Source: Methanocaldococcus indicus | Lineage (GTDB): Archaea; AGJL01; Methanococci; Methanococcales; Methanocaldococcaceae | Direction of reading: 5' to 3' | DNA length: 64,000 nt | NCBI RefSeq assembly: GCF_049554935.1 | Contig: NZ_CP186926.1 | Location: 992,001-1,056,000, forward strand | In this document: positions 11,565 to 22,348 of the stretch, in pieces | How the letters are laid out: each line of letters opens with the position of its first letter | How positions within the stretch are numbered: position 1 is the first letter of the stretch | Position numbers and translations under genes: made by a program | Notes under the pieces: generated by a model | Told to the model about the DNA's origin: nothing | What the model saw: only the letters and a program-made list of their open reading frames with translations | Databases searched by the model: none

Positions 11565-11981
11565 ATGGTTAGTGAAATAATCAAATTAATTGAAGAAGGA
11601 AAAATAGAGGAAGTGTTAAAGAAAATAGATGAAATAAAAGGAGATGCAAATTTAGAAATTGTAGCTTTAAGTTTAGTAGAGAAAGGATACTTAGATGAAG
11701 CTTTAAAAGTAGCTGAAAATATAAAATCAAGTGGTTTAAGAGATGAAGTTTTAAGAAAAATAGCTATTGCATACATTGAAAAAGGAGACATTGAAAAAGC
11801 TTTAGCCATATCTGAGAAAATTAGAACTGAGACAGACTTAGAAAAAATAGCTATGAAATTAGCAGATGTTAAGAAATATAGAGCTGCATTAAAAGTAGCT
11901 GAGAAAATTAGAAGTAGAGCTATAAAAGAAGAAATATTAATGTATATTATTAACAAATTGTTAGATGAACTTAACTACTAA
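11565..11981 (+). CDS. small alpha-helical (TPR-like) repeat protein
   Basis: Repeated ALKVAExI..LxKIA units; GGTGA RBS. Confidence 0.7.
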   Translation: MVSEIIKLIEEGKIEEVLKKIDEIKGDANLEIVALSLVEKGYLDEALKVAENIKSSGLRDEVLRKIAIAYIEKGDIEKALAISEKIRTETDLEKIAMKLADVKKYRAALKVAEKIRSRAIKEEILMYIINKLLDELNY

Positions 11982-12081
11982 AATTATTTTTTATTTTTTT
12001 TATTTTCTTTATTTGTCTATTTAAATATTTTGACTTTCTGAGTAAAAAATTAAATTATTTACTTTTTTAAAAAAATAGAGA

Positions 12082-12859
12082 ATTTCAATTCCGAGACGGT
12101 CTTATTTTAACAAACTGCCATGTCATATTCTATGCACAGCCTATCCAATATTTCCATACCGGGACGGTCTTATTTTAACTTATTATTAAAAACCCACACA
12201 TCTCGTAGATTTAACCCATTTCCATACCGGGACGGTCTTATTTTAACTTATTATTAAAAACCCACACATCTCGTAGATTTAACCCATTTCCATACCGGGA
12301 CGGTCTTATTTTAACTTATTCTTTGGAAACCTCCCAGCTAAGCCATTTGATTTATCAAACAGTATTTCCATACCGGGACGGTCTTATTTTAACGAGGGGT
12401 GCCTCCCTGGCATTGAATTTGAATTGAGATTTCCATACCGGGACGGTCTTATTTTAACTAGTGATTACACTCCCCAAATTACTGTTGATGATGTCCAAAT
12501 TTCCATACCGGGACGGTCTTATTTTAACAATGTCTGGATGCAAAAAAATAGGGCTTAAAAATGCAATTTCCATACCGGGACGGTCTTATTTTAACTTAGG
12601 TTTAGCAACACCAGATACACTTGACATACCTAATTTCCATACCGGGACGGTCTTATTTTAACCATGACTGTGAAGAATGTAAAAAACTATATGTCATTTC
12701 CATACCGGGACGGTCTTATTTTAACGCTCTGGAAAAGGCTGGTGGATATACTAACACATATCTATTTCCATACCGGGACGGTCTTATTTTAACTGAACTA
12801 ATTAAAAAAGTAAATTCTGAAATTATCAAATTTCCATACCGGGACGGTCTTATTTTAAC
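12082..12859 (-). CRISPR. CRISPR array, 12 repeats of 30 bp (GTTAAAATAAGACCGTCCCGGTATGGAAAT on minus strand), 11 spacers of 33-48 bp; no cas genes in window
   Basis: Repeats start at 12082 (degenerate trailer), 12150, 12218, 12286, 12364, 12429, 12499, 12566, 12633, 12696, 12764, 12830. Confidence 0.98.
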
Positions 12860-13210
12860 AGGAGGCACATTTTAGACATAATAATATAGCAACGTTCCCA
12901 TATATAAGCTTTTTGGTGCTAAAATTTTCGAAGGGTAGGTTTCCCTATTCATTTATATACCATCGAACTTTTATAAAAATCTTTCTATTCCATATTTTTC
13001 AATTAAAAACTTTTTATATCTAAAAACTAAACCAATTTATCAGGGATTTTTAAATATTAAAAGAAACAACAAAAAACTTCAAAAAATCTCAGTAAATTAT
13101 ATAATCAAAATATATAGAATATTAAAAATATAGACCCCCTCTGAATTTCCCTAAAAATCCTCTAAATTAAAAATATCCTTCTAAAATCCAATAAAATCAA
13201 AAAATAAAAA
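12860..13210 (-). promoter_or_regulatory. CRISPR leader with BRE/TATA
   Basis: Long AT-rich non-coding region beside the non-degenerate end; minus-strand AAAAAGCTTATATA at about 12901-12914; right boundary approximate. Confidence 0.75.
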
Positions 13211-13321
13211 TTTTTAGCGTGATAATTGTCATCTGAATATTTAAATTAATGAAATCGTTAAGTTTTTATTAAAAATCTTTTAGATACACAAATAAAAAAA
13301 TAACGAATTGTGTGAAAAATT

Positions 13322-14101
13322 ATGGAGTTTGCAATATCATCATTAGTTTTTTTGCCAGAAAGGTTGGAATCATCTATAGAGAAGATTGTAGAGAATAACT
13401 TTAAATATTGGGAAGTAGTTTGTGAAGGACACCACTACCTTACCCCAAAAAATATAAAGACACTTTTAAGATTTAGAGATGAGTATAATATTTCATATAC
13501 TGTCCATGCTCCATTCTCTGACCTAAATCCTGCATCAATGAATGAAAAAGTTAGGAAGTTGGTTATAGAATGTATTAGTGATGCTATTGAAGGAGCTTAT
13601 GAATTAGATGCCAATATTGTGGTTATACATCCTGGCTATATTCCAGAACTTTGGAAAGATTTTAAAGATGATATCTTAGATAACAACTTTACAACAATTT
13701 TAAAAATTGTTGAAATTGCAGAGGATTATGATATAATTTTAGGTTTAGAAAATATGCCAAATTTTAGAGGAGTACTTTGCCAAAAGTTAGAGGATGTTTT
13801 AGAAATCATTAGAGAAATTGACTCAAAACATCTAAAAATGACTTTGGATGTAGGTCATGCTAATACAGTTGGTGATGTAAAAGATTTTATAAATAAGGAG
13901 ATTGTCCATATTCATATCCATGATAATAATGGAGTGGAGGATGAACATCTTCCTGTTGGAGAAGGTAATATTAACTTTGAAGAATTCTTTAAAGAGTTGA
14001 AAAAGATAAATTATAAAGGAATACTAACATTAGAAAATAAAAATATAAGAGATGCCATAAAAAGTAGAAAAAACATAATGGATATTCTTAAAAAAATTTA
14101 A
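13322..14101 (+). CDS. sugar phosphate isomerase/AP endonuclease 2-like TIM-barrel protein
   Basis: HAPFSDLNPAS, VIHPG, LENMP, LDVGHA, HIHDNNG..DEHLPVGEG. Confidence 0.85.
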   Translation: MEFAISSLVFLPERLESSIEKIVENNFKYWEVVCEGHHYLTPKNIKTLLRFRDEYNISYTVHAPFSDLNPASMNEKVRKLVIECISDAIEGAYELDANIVVIHPGYIPELWKDFKDDILDNNFTTILKIVEIAEDYDIILGLENMPNFRGVLCQKLEDVLEIIREIDSKHLKMTLDVGHANTVGDVKDFINKEIVHIHIHDNNGVEDEHLPVGEGNINFEEFFKELKKINYKGILTLENKNIRDAIKSRKNIMDILKKI

Positions 14102-14117
14102 AAAATTTAGTGAGAAT

Positions 14118-15333
14118 ATGCAGAGACCAAAAGGAACAAGAGATTTTCTTCCTGAGGAGATGAAAAAAAAGGAGATATATAGAAAAAAAATTAAGAGAAG
14201 TTTTTGAAAGTTATGGTTATGAAGAAATATTAACTCCAACTTTTGAACACTTTGAATTAATAGCTAAAAAAACTGGAGAGGAGATAAGAAAACAACTATA
14301 TGTCTTTAAAGATTATGGAGGCAGAGAACTTGCTTTAAGACCTGAACTAACTTCTCCTGTGGCAAGATTGTATTTAAATGAACTAAGATACTTACAAAAA
14401 CCACTTAGATTGTATTATTTTGCAAACTGTTTTAGGTATGAGAATCCTCAGCATGGAAGATATAGAGAGTTTTGGCAGATGGGTTGTGAGTTGATTGGCT
14501 CAAAAAGCCCTTTAGCAGATAGTGAAGTTATTAACTTAGCTATGGATGGTTTAGAAAAAATAAAATTAGATTATGATATCCACATAAGTCATTTAGGTAT
14601 CTTAAAAGGAATATTTAAGAAATTTAATATTTCAGAAGAAGATGAAATAAAAATAAGGAGATTGATGGATAAGGAAGATTATGAAAATTTAGATAAATAT
14701 TTATCTACTATCTTAGATGATGATAAGAAAAATTTAATATTTGATATATTGAATCTAAAAGGAAAGGATGTATTAGATGAATTAAAAGAGATGTTAAAAG
14801 ATTTTGAAGATTCTTTAAAAGCTATTGAAAATTTAGAAGAGATTTTAAGCTATCTATATTATGATAACTATACAATAAACTTAGGAATAGCAAGAGGTTT
14901 AGATTACTATACTGGGATGGTTTTTGAAATATACTGTAAGGGAAAGCAGATATGTGGTGGAGGAAGATATGACAACTTAATAGAAACATTTGGGAATGAA
15001 AGTGTTCCAGCTGTAGGATTTGCTTATGGATTTGATAGAATTATGTTATATGTTGATGTAGATATAGAGGAAGAAAGATACTTAATAGTTCCTCTAAAAA
15101 AAGAATTAATAAAAGAAGCTTTGGAAATTGCTAAACTGTTGAGAGAGAAGGGAAAAATTGTTGAGTTTGAAGTTATGAACAGAAAGTTAAAAAAAGCCCT
15201 TGACTATGCAAACAATAAAGGAATATCAAAGGTTATAATTGTTGGAGAAAGAGAAATAAAAGAAAATAAAGTAACTATAAAAGATTTAAGAACAGGAGAA
15301 CAGAAAACAGTTTCTATTGAGGAGATTGAATGA
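14118..15333 (+). CDS. hisS: histidyl-tRNA synthetase (one extra A in the A8 run at 14163-14170; probable sequencing error)
   Basis: [13 protein letters not shown]-terminus at 14118; removing one A restores [55 protein letters not shown]. Confidence 0.93.
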
Positions 15334-16178
15334 TAGTAATTTTATCTCCTGAGGGAAAAAGTGAAACAATATATAGAATTAAAAGAGAAGTAAATAAATT
15401 AGGTGAGAAATGTAATATTTTTTTGTTAAATAGTAATAACTATATTTTAGACTTAGATTTTAATATAGAGTGCGATTTAATACATCCAAGATGTGGAATA
15501 GGATTTTATAATAATAGAATAACTCTTTACTCCTGGCAGTTTATGAACTCTTTGGATTGTAAGTTTATAAATCCTTTAGATATAGTATATTTAACATCTG
15601 ACAAATTCAAGACATTAAAGATTTTAAAAAAAAAGGTTTTAGTTCCTAAGACAGCATTAGTTAGAGATTTTGAAGATGCTATTAAATTTATGGAAAAGAA
15701 TAATCTAAATTTTCCAATTGTTGTCAAGAGCAATTTTTCAAAATGTGGAGAAACTGTTTTTAAAGCAAATAATTTAGAAGAGCTCAAAAATCTAACAAAA
15801 AATGCTCTTTGGGATTCTATATTAGTTCAGGAATATATTGATTTCAAATCAAATGGAGTATTTAAAGATATTAGAGTTTTAGTATTGGATGGAGAGATTG
15901 TTGGAGCTTATAGTAGAGTTAGTAAGGATTTTAGAACTAATTTATATTTAGGGAATAAAGTTGAAAATGTAGAATTAAATAAAGATATTGAGGATATAGT
16001 TGAAAAATGTTATTCTTTAGTTGAAGCTCCAATTTTAGGAATAGATATTCTACCTACAAAAGATGGCTATTATGTTTTAGAGCTAAATTCTGCACCAGGG
16101 ACTAAGGGATTTAGAGAGTTGAATAAAAATGTTGATAAAGAGATAGCCAAACTTTTAGTAGAATATGCCAAAAAATAG
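15330..16178 (+). CDS. cofF: RimK-like ATP-grasp ligase, probably gamma-F420-2:alpha-L-glutamate ligase
   Basis: [30 protein letters not shown]; position between hisS and the DAC gene as in methanococci. Confidence 0.75.
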   Translation: MIVILSPEGKSETIYRIKREVNKLGEKCNIFLLNSNNYILDLDFNIECDLIHPRCGIGFYNNRITLYSWQFMNSLDCKFINPLDIVYLTSDKFKTLKILKKKVLVPKTALVRDFEDAIKFMEKNNLNFPIVVKSNFSKCGETVFKANNLEELKNLTKNALWDSILVQEYIDFKSNGVFKDIRVLVLDGEIVGAYSRVSKDFRTNLYLGNKVENVELNKDIEDIVEKCYSLVEAPILGIDILPTKDGYYVLELNSAPGTKGFRELNKNVDKEIAKLLVEYAKK

Positions 16179-16194
16179 AAGTTAGGTTTTATTT

Positions 16195-17130
16195 ATGATT
16201 GAGCATGTTTTAAGGCATGGGATTGAGTTGGCTTATGATATAAAGGCAGATGGAGTTATGCTATTCACAGAGACAGGAATGTCTTATGAACTTTTATTAA
16301 AATATTTAGATAATAAACCTAAAAAAAAGCTAAAACTTCCAATAATTGAGAAAATATTTAACAATTCATTTAAAATAATTGTAGCCACTTCAAATGAAAA
16401 CTTATATAAAAAAGTTTTAAAGGAATCATCAAATATTATCCCTCTATATATAAAATACTCTGAAGATACTAAACACCTTATTATATCAGCAGGAATCTTA
16501 AAAGCCTTAGAAAAAAAAATTATAAAGTCAGATAGTATTTTAGTTGCTATATTAGGAAAGCCAAAAGTTGAAGGTAGATTAGATACAATAACTGTTGTTT
16601 TTGTTAAAGAATATATTGATAATATTAAATTATATGAATTTTTCAATTTGCTTAATGAAAAACTTAAAAAAACTGTTAAAGAAGTTTTAAAGTTGGCTAT
16701 TGAATTAGGTAGAGAAGGTAGAGAAGGAAAAAAAGTAGGAACAATATTCATTATTGGTGATTCTTTAAATGTGATGTCTAAATCTAAACCTTTAATATTA
16801 AATCCTTTTGCAGGACATAAAGCATCTATATTTGATGATAATGTTAAAGGAACAGTAAAAGAACTTTCCTCAATTGATGGAGCTTTTATTATTACAGATG
16901 ATGGAAAAGTTATATCTGCTGGGAGGTTTTTAGAAAGTAAAGGAAATGTATCCATTCCACAAGGATTAGGTGCAAGACATGTAGCAGCTGCAAGTATAAC
17001 AAAAGAGACAGATGCAATAGCTATAACTGTATCTGAATCTGGGGGAGTAGTTAGAATATTTAAAGATGGTAAAATAGTTGCTGAGATAGACCCAATTGAT
17101 AGAATCTTTATCTTAGAGGATGAGGAATAG
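16195..17130 (+). CDS. dacZ: archaeal diadenylate cyclase (N-terminal pyruvate-kinase-C-like domain + DAC domain)
   Basis: GREGREGKKVGTIF, SIDGAF, GLGARHVAAA, VSESGG. Confidence 0.88.
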   Translation: MIEHVLRHGIELAYDIKADGVMLFTETGMSYELLLKYLDNKPKKKLKLPIIEKIFNNSFKIIVATSNENLYKKVLKESSNIIPLYIKYSEDTKHLIISAGILKALEKKIIKSDSILVAILGKPKVEGRLDTITVVFVKEYIDNIKLYEFFNLLNEKLKKTVKEVLKLAIELGREGREGKKVGTIFIIGDSLNVMSKSKPLILNPFAGHKASIFDDNVKGTVKELSSIDGAFIITDDGKVISAGRFLESKGNVSIPQGLGARHVAAASITKETDAIAITVSESGGVVRIFKDGKIVAEIDPIDRIFILEDEE

Positions 17131-17140
17131 GTGATGACTT

Positions 17141-17542
17141 ATAATATATATTGTTCCAGATACAAACTTTTTAATCTACACTTTTAAGCACAAAATTAAC
17201 TTAGATTATGAAATAGAGAGAGCTATAAATACAAAATATAAGATTATTATTTTAGATAAAGTTAAAGATGAATTGGAGTATCTCCTAAAAAATAAAGATT
17301 TAAAAGGTAAAGAAAAATTAGCTATAAAGTTAGCATTAAATAAAATTAAAAACTATGAATTAGTAGAGACAGATATTGATGGAGAGGCTGATATAGCAAT
17401 ATTGGAATTTGCTAAAAAACATAAGGATAGAGTTATTGTTGCAACAAATGATAAAGAACTAAAAAATAAACTTTTGGAAGAGAATATACCTATAATGGTG
17501 GTTAGACAAAAAAAATATTTTGAAGTTTTTGGTATGGTATAA
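17141..17542 (+). CDS. PIN-domain (Fcf1/Utp24-like) ribonuclease, ATA start
   Basis: Open frame from ATA 17141 gives (M)IYIVPDTNFL...DEL...ADIAI...VATNDKEL; in-frame TGA at 17135 upstream; GGTGAT RBS at 17130-17135. Confidence 0.85.
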   Translation: MIYIVPDTNFLIYTFKHKINLDYEIERAINTKYKIIILDKVKDELEYLLKNKDLKGKEKLAIKLALNKIKNYELVETDIDGEADIAILEFAKKHKDRVIVATNDKELKNKLLEENIPIMVVRQKKYFEVFGMV

Positions 17543-17622
17543 AAGTATGATAGTAAAAACTTATATTTAAAATAATAAGGTTTTTATTTTATTCTTAACA
17601 TTGAAAATCAAAAGGTGAGAGC

Positions 17623-18621
17623 TTGCATAAAATTTGTGTTATTGAAGGAGATGGTATTGGTAAAGAGGTAGTTCCTGCTGCTATTAGGGTTTTAGAAGCT
17701 ACTGGAATACCTTTTGAGTTTGTATATGCAGAGGCAGGGGATGAAGTTTATGAAAAATTAGGTGTAGCTCTTCCAGAGGAGACAATTGAGACAGCATTAG
17801 AATGTGAAGCTGTATTATTTGGAGCTGCTGGAGAGACAGCTGCTGATGTCATTGTTAAGTTAAGACACATTTTAGATACTTATGCAAATGTTAGACCAGT
17901 TAAAGCTTATAAAGGAGTTAAATGTCTAAGAGAGGACATTGATTATATAATAGTTAGAGAAAATACAGAAGGACTATATAAGGGAATAGAGGCAGAGATT
18001 GATGAAGGAATAACAACAGCAACAAGAGTTATAACTGAAAAAGCATCTGAGAGAATATTTAAATTTGCATATGAATTGGCAAAAGATAGAAAAAAAGAAG
18101 GTAAAGAAGGAAAAGTAACCTGTGCTCATAAAGCTAATGTTCTAAAAATAACTGATGGGTTATTTAAGAGAGTATTTTATAAAGTAGCTGAAAACTATAA
18201 AGATATAAAAGCTGAAGATGTCTATATTGATGCTATGAACATGTATATAATAACAAGACCTCAAACATTTGATGTTGTTGTTACATCTAATTTATTTGGA
18301 GATATTCTTTCTGATGGAGCTGCTGGGACTGTTGGAGGTTTAGGTTTAGCTCCTTCTGCAAATATTGGTGATGAGCATGGTTTATTTGAACCAGTTCATG
18401 GTTCTGCTCCTGATATAGCTGGAAAAGGAATTGCTAATCCAACAGCTACTATTTTATCAGCAGTCTTAATGTTAAGATATTTAGGAGAGTATGAAGCAGC
18501 TAACAAAATAGAAAAAGCTTTAGAAGAAGTTTTATCCTTAGGACTAACAACTCCTGATTTAGGTGGTAATTTAACTACTATGCAAATGGCTGAAGAAATA
18601 GCTAAAAGAGTTGAATTATAA
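17623..18621 (+). CDS. leuB: 3-isopropylmalate/3-methylmalate dehydrogenase
   Basis: GDGIGKEV, VRENTEG, HKANV, NLFGDILSD, EPVHGSAPDIAG. Confidence 0.88.
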   Translation: MHKICVIEGDGIGKEVVPAAIRVLEATGIPFEFVYAEAGDEVYEKLGVALPEETIETALECEAVLFGAAGETAADVIVKLRHILDTYANVRPVKAYKGVKCLREDIDYIIVRENTEGLYKGIEAEIDEGITTATRVITEKASERIFKFAYELAKDRKKEGKEGKVTCAHKANVLKITDGLFKRVFYKVAENYKDIKAEDVYIDAMNMYIITRPQTFDVVVTSNLFGDILSDGAAGTVGGLGLAPSANIGDEHGLFEPVHGSAPDIAGKGIANPTATILSAVLMLRYLGEYEAANKIEKALEEVLSLGLTTPDLGGNLTTMQMAEEIAKRVEL

Positions 18622-19266
18622 AAATCCACTCTTTTTTAACATATCTTTATCTCTTTCTATATAGATATGCATAGAAACAGCATGATGAAGATAACTTTTA
18701 AATTTAGTATTTGTTTTTTTAGCTACTAAATGTCCCAACTCTATTAAACCCAAAGCATTTGCTGGAAATGCTAAAAAAGCATCATTACTCCTAAAAAGGA
18801 CTGTCATATATAGATTATTATTCCTAATTAAAAATTGTATATACTGTAAACAGGGAACAGAACCTCTTTCATCTTTACTAACTTCAATGTCTATTTTTGG
18901 ATTCCATGTTATTGCTAAAGCTCTTCTACTATTTTTTTGTTGATTCAATTTATTAATTATATATTCTATCTGGTTAATTTCTTCATCTTTGTAAGGATAT
19001 TTAAATAATCTTTGATGGTAGTCATAACTAAATTCATTTTTTGAGCCATAGAGTAGATGATTAATATAGTCATCAACTGCTTTCTTACCTAATGGATATT
19101 TTTCAGGAACTTTCTTTAAGTTTGGATTTGTTATCTCTATTATTGTATTTCTTATTTCTTTTGTAGGCTCTCCAAATTCTGTCTCAACATCATCTCCTTC
19201 ATTTAGTATTTTGTATATAAGTTCATCAAAAACTGAATAAACAGATGGCTTTTTTATATATAGCAA
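18616..19266 (-). CDS. thyA: thymidylate synthase (methanogen ThyA type)
   Basis: SRRA..ITW, VPCLQ, FRSND..AFPAN, SMHIY. Confidence 0.9.
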   Translation of the reverse strand: MLYIKKPSVYSVFDELIYKILNEGDDVETEFGEPTKEIRNTIIEITNPNLKKVPEKYPLGKKAVDDYINHLLYGSKNEFSYDYHQRLFKYPYKDEEINQIEYIINKLNQQKNSRRALAITWNPKIDIEVSKDERGSVPCLQYIQFLIRNNNLYMTVLFRSNDAFLAFPANALGLIELGHLVAKKTNTKFKSYLHHAVSMHIYIERDKDMLKKSGFL

Positions 19267-19277
19267 AACATCACCAT

Positions 19278-20342
19278 TTAATTTTTATTTAGTTGTTTAT
19301 ATTTTTTAAATTTGTCCCAATCTAATTTTGGATTTAAATTTAGTTCTAATATTCTATCAACTACATCATCTAAATTGGCAGTTTTTGGATTACCCACACC
19401 TTTTACAACTCTTGGATAATTTTTAGGAATAACTGTTGCTATATTACTGCATCCTGCAAATAAAGAGAACTGAATTAACTCTGGATGAATAGTTGGAGAT
19501 GGTGAAGTTATTCTTATATTTGGAAAGAGTAATCTTGTGATAGCAATAGTTTTTGCTTGCTCTAATGAAGAACATCTTTTAACATTTTCCATAGGAGTGC
19601 CTTTATATGGATTAAATCCCATTATTGGTATTTCATCAACATCTAACTCCTTTAAAAAGAACAGATGATTTACTCTATCTTCATAACTTTCTCCGACCCC
19701 CAACAACAATCCAGAAGATAACTCTATTCCATACTTTTTAACTAACTTACATACTCTTATTCTATCCTCTAATTCTTCTCCTGGTTTTATCTCTTTAAAA
19801 AGTTTTTCATTTATAGTTTCTAAGTTACAGCATATGGTATCTACATTATACTTTTTTAGTTCTTTTATAGCTTCTTCATCTAAATCAGCACCTGCATTAA
19901 CTAAAACTTCTAAATTTGTATGTTTTTTAACAATTTTCAAAGCTCTTATTACTTCTTTCCCCCTATATCCATGAGCTGATGAACAACTAACTCTTTTTAT
20001 TCCACTCTTTTCAATTGCTAATGCACATTTCTTAATCTCTTCATCAGACAATCTAAAACTTTCATAATAACCTTCCTTAGATGTTCCAGCAGCAAATCCA
20101 CAGTATTTACATTTAGGATTTATATGACAAATATTTGTAATGTGGATTGTTGAAGTTATCTCTATATATTTTTTAAAATAATCTCTAACTTCAGAGGATA
20201 TTGAGAACAGCTTTAAATAATCTCTCCAATTATTAATATTAAAAAGTTTTAAAGCCTCTTCTTCATCAATTAATCCAGTTTTTAGATAATAAGGGTTTTC
20301 TTTACATTCTTCAAATCTTTCAACAATTGCTAATAAGTCCAT
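19278..20342 (-). CDS. hcgA: BioB-like radical SAM enzyme for [Fe]-hydrogenase cofactor biosynthesis (HcgA/HmdB)
   Basis: Diagnostic CX5CX2C motif (CHINPKCKYC), CCNLET. Confidence 0.85.
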   Translation of the reverse strand: MDLLAIVERFEECKENPYYLKTGLIDEEEALKLFNINNWRDYLKLFSISSEVRDYFKKYIEITSTIHITNICHINPKCKYCGFAAGTSKEGYYESFRLSDEEIKKCALAIEKSGIKRVSCSSAHGYRGKEVIRALKIVKKHTNLEVLVNAGADLDEEAIKELKKYNVDTICCNLETINEKLFKEIKPGEELEDRIRVCKLVKKYGIELSSGLLLGVGESYEDRVNHLFFLKELDVDEIPIMGFNPYKGTPMENVKRCSSLEQAKTIAITRLLFPNIRITSPSPTIHPELIQFSLFAGCSNIATVIPKNYPRVVKGVGNPKTANLDDVVDRILELNLNPKLDWDKFKKYKQLNKN

Positions 20343-20463
20343 AATAACCACATAATTATTAATTTTCTAAATATAGGGAATATTAAGTATATACTTAACA
20401 AAAAATTATATACTTTATCAAATTTATATACTGTATAAAAAAAGAGATAATATGGGATAATTT

Positions 20464-21186
20464 ATGAATATTTTAGAAACAAAAAATTTAAAAGTTATTA
20501 GAGGAGGAAAAGAAATATTAAAAAATGTAAATCTTAATGTAAAAGAAAATGAAATTCATGCAATTGTTGGACCAAATGGAGCTGGAAAATCAACATTAGC
20601 ATATACTCTAATGGGTGTATCAGGCTATACTCCAAGTGGTGGGGAAATTATCTTTAAAGGAGAAGTAATAAATAACTTCCCAATTTATGAAAGAGCAAGG
20701 AAGGGATTAACATTAGCTTGGCAAGAACCTGCAAGATTTGAAGGTATTAGAGTTAAGACATATTTAAAATTAGGAATGAAGGAGAAAAATCCTGACAAAG
20801 CTAATGACAAAATAATTAAAGCATTAAGGTTAGTTAATTTAGACCCAGATAAGTATTTAAATAGATATGTTGATGAAACATTAAGTGGTGGAGAAAGAAA
20901 GAGGATAGAGTTGGCATCAATTATATGTATGGAGCCAGATTTAGCAATATTAGATGAGCCAGATAGTGGAATTGATATAGTTTCCTTTGATGAAATTAAG
21001 AGAGTTTTTGATTATTTAAAAGAGAATGGAACTTCTTTATTGGTTATTACTCATAGAGAAGAATTAGCTGAGCATGCAGATAGAGCTTCTCTATTATGTA
21101 ATGGAGAAATTATAAAAACTGGAAATCCAAAAGAAGTAGGAAAATTCTACAAAGAAAGATGTGGAAAGTGCTATAAATTGGGATAA
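20464..21186 (+). CDS. sufC: Fe-S assembly ABC ATPase SufC/SmsC
   Basis: GPNGAGKST, LSGGERKR, ILDEPDSG; C-terminal CGKC. Confidence 0.92.
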   Translation: MNILETKNLKVIRGGKEILKNVNLNVKENEIHAIVGPNGAGKSTLAYTLMGVSGYTPSGGEIIFKGEVINNFPIYERARKGLTLAWQEPARFEGIRVKTYLKLGMKEKNPDKANDKIIKALRLVNLDPDKYLNRYVDETLSGGERKRIELASIICMEPDLAILDEPDSGIDIVSFDEIKRVFDYLKENGTSLLVITHREELAEHADRASLLCNGEIIKTGNPKEVGKFYKERCGKCYKLG

Positions 21187-21187
21187 T

Positions 21188-22138
21188 ATGAGTGTTAAAG
21201 AAGAAATATTAGAAATATTAGAAGCATTAAAATACACATCTGAAAAACCAGAAAAAATTGTTCATGGAAAAGGACCAAGGATTATAGTTAAAGAATGTAA
21301 AATAGTAGATGTTAAAGATGCAGAAGGTTTAATAATTGAAGGAAAAACAGAAGGTAACAAAATATATGCTAAAATAACTGTAAAAGAAGGTTATAAGTTT
21401 AAAGAACCAATACATATGTGTTTTGGAGTAACTCAGAAAGATGTTATTCAAGAGATTCATACAGATATAATTTTAGAGGATAATTCTGAGATTACTCTAA
21501 TGTCTCATTGCTCATTTTTAAAGGGAAATGTAAAACATATTATGTATGGGAATATAAAAATTGGTAAAAATGCTAAATTTAGTTACAAAGAAGTGCATTA
21601 TCATGGAAAAGAAGGAGATATATTAGTTAAACCAAATGTAAAAGTTGTTGTAGATGAAGGGGGAATATATATATCTGAATTTAATCTTACAAAGGGTAGA
21701 GTTGGAAAATTAGAAATATTCCAAGAGATTGATGCAAAATCTAACTCAATAGTAGATATAATGACAAAAACATATGCTATTGAAGATGACATTATAAATA
21801 TTGATGAGATTGTTAAACTAAATGGTAAAGAAGCTAAGGCAATGTTAAGAAGTAAAGGAGCTGCAAAAGATAATGCCAAATTAACATTAAAATTAAAAAT
21901 AGAAGGTAATGCTGAATATTGTAAAGGACATATTGACTGTACAGAGATTATAAAAGGAAATGCAAGAGTAGAATCTATACCAATAGTTGTAGTTAATAAT
22001 GAGAAGGCAAGAATAACACATGAGGCAGCTATTGGTAGTGTAGATAAAAAACAATTAGAGACTTTAATGGCAAAAGGTTTAGATGAAGAAGAAGCAACAG
22101 AACTTATTGTAAAAGGGTTATTAGGAGAGGATTTATAA
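21188..22138 (+). CDS. sufB: Fe-S assembly scaffold SufB/D (SmsB)
   Basis: GHIDCTEI, ITHEAAIGSVDKKQLETLMAKGL. Confidence 0.92.
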   Translation: MSVKEEILEILEALKYTSEKPEKIVHGKGPRIIVKECKIVDVKDAEGLIIEGKTEGNKIYAKITVKEGYKFKEPIHMCFGVTQKDVIQEIHTDIILEDNSEITLMSHCSFLKGNVKHIMYGNIKIGKNAKFSYKEVHYHGKEGDILVKPNVKVVVDEGGIYISEFNLTKGRVGKLEIFQEIDAKSNSIVDIMTKTYAIEDDIINIDEIVKLNGKEAKAMLRSKGAAKDNAKLTLKLKIEGNAEYCKGHIDCTEIIKGNARVESIPIVVVNNEKARITHEAAIGSVDKKQLETLMAKGLDEEEATELIVKGLLGEDL

Positions 22139-22348
22139 AGCTTTTACATTGACTTCTCTCAAACAACTAATAACTTTGTCAATTTTTTCAGTTAATTCTA
22201 ATGCTCTTTTATAATCTTCTTCATTTGCAACATATTTTAACTCTTTTATTGTTTTTACATTATATTTTTTAAATAATTTATTTAGCTCATTCTCAAGCTC
22301 TCTCAATTCTTCTTCAAAAACTTTTTTCATAATTTTCTCAACTTTCAT
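22133..22348 (-). CDS. small coiled-coil hypothetical protein
   Basis: 71-aa ORF overlapping the trpD stop; host-like composition. Confidence 0.65.
   Translation of the reverse strand: MKVEKIMKKVFEEELRELENELNKLFKKYNVKTIKELKYVANEEDYKRALELTEKIDKVISCLREVNVKAL

Noticed and set aside
12112-12829. Self-targeting spacers within the window
   Set aside because: By eye only short matches (about 11 nt, e.g. TTTCCAAAGAA near 58350); no computed alignment was possible
12461-12875. ORF-track ORFs of 66 and 84 aa with repeated FPYRDGLILT / ISIPGRSYFN
   Set aside because: Translations of CRISPR repeats and spacers
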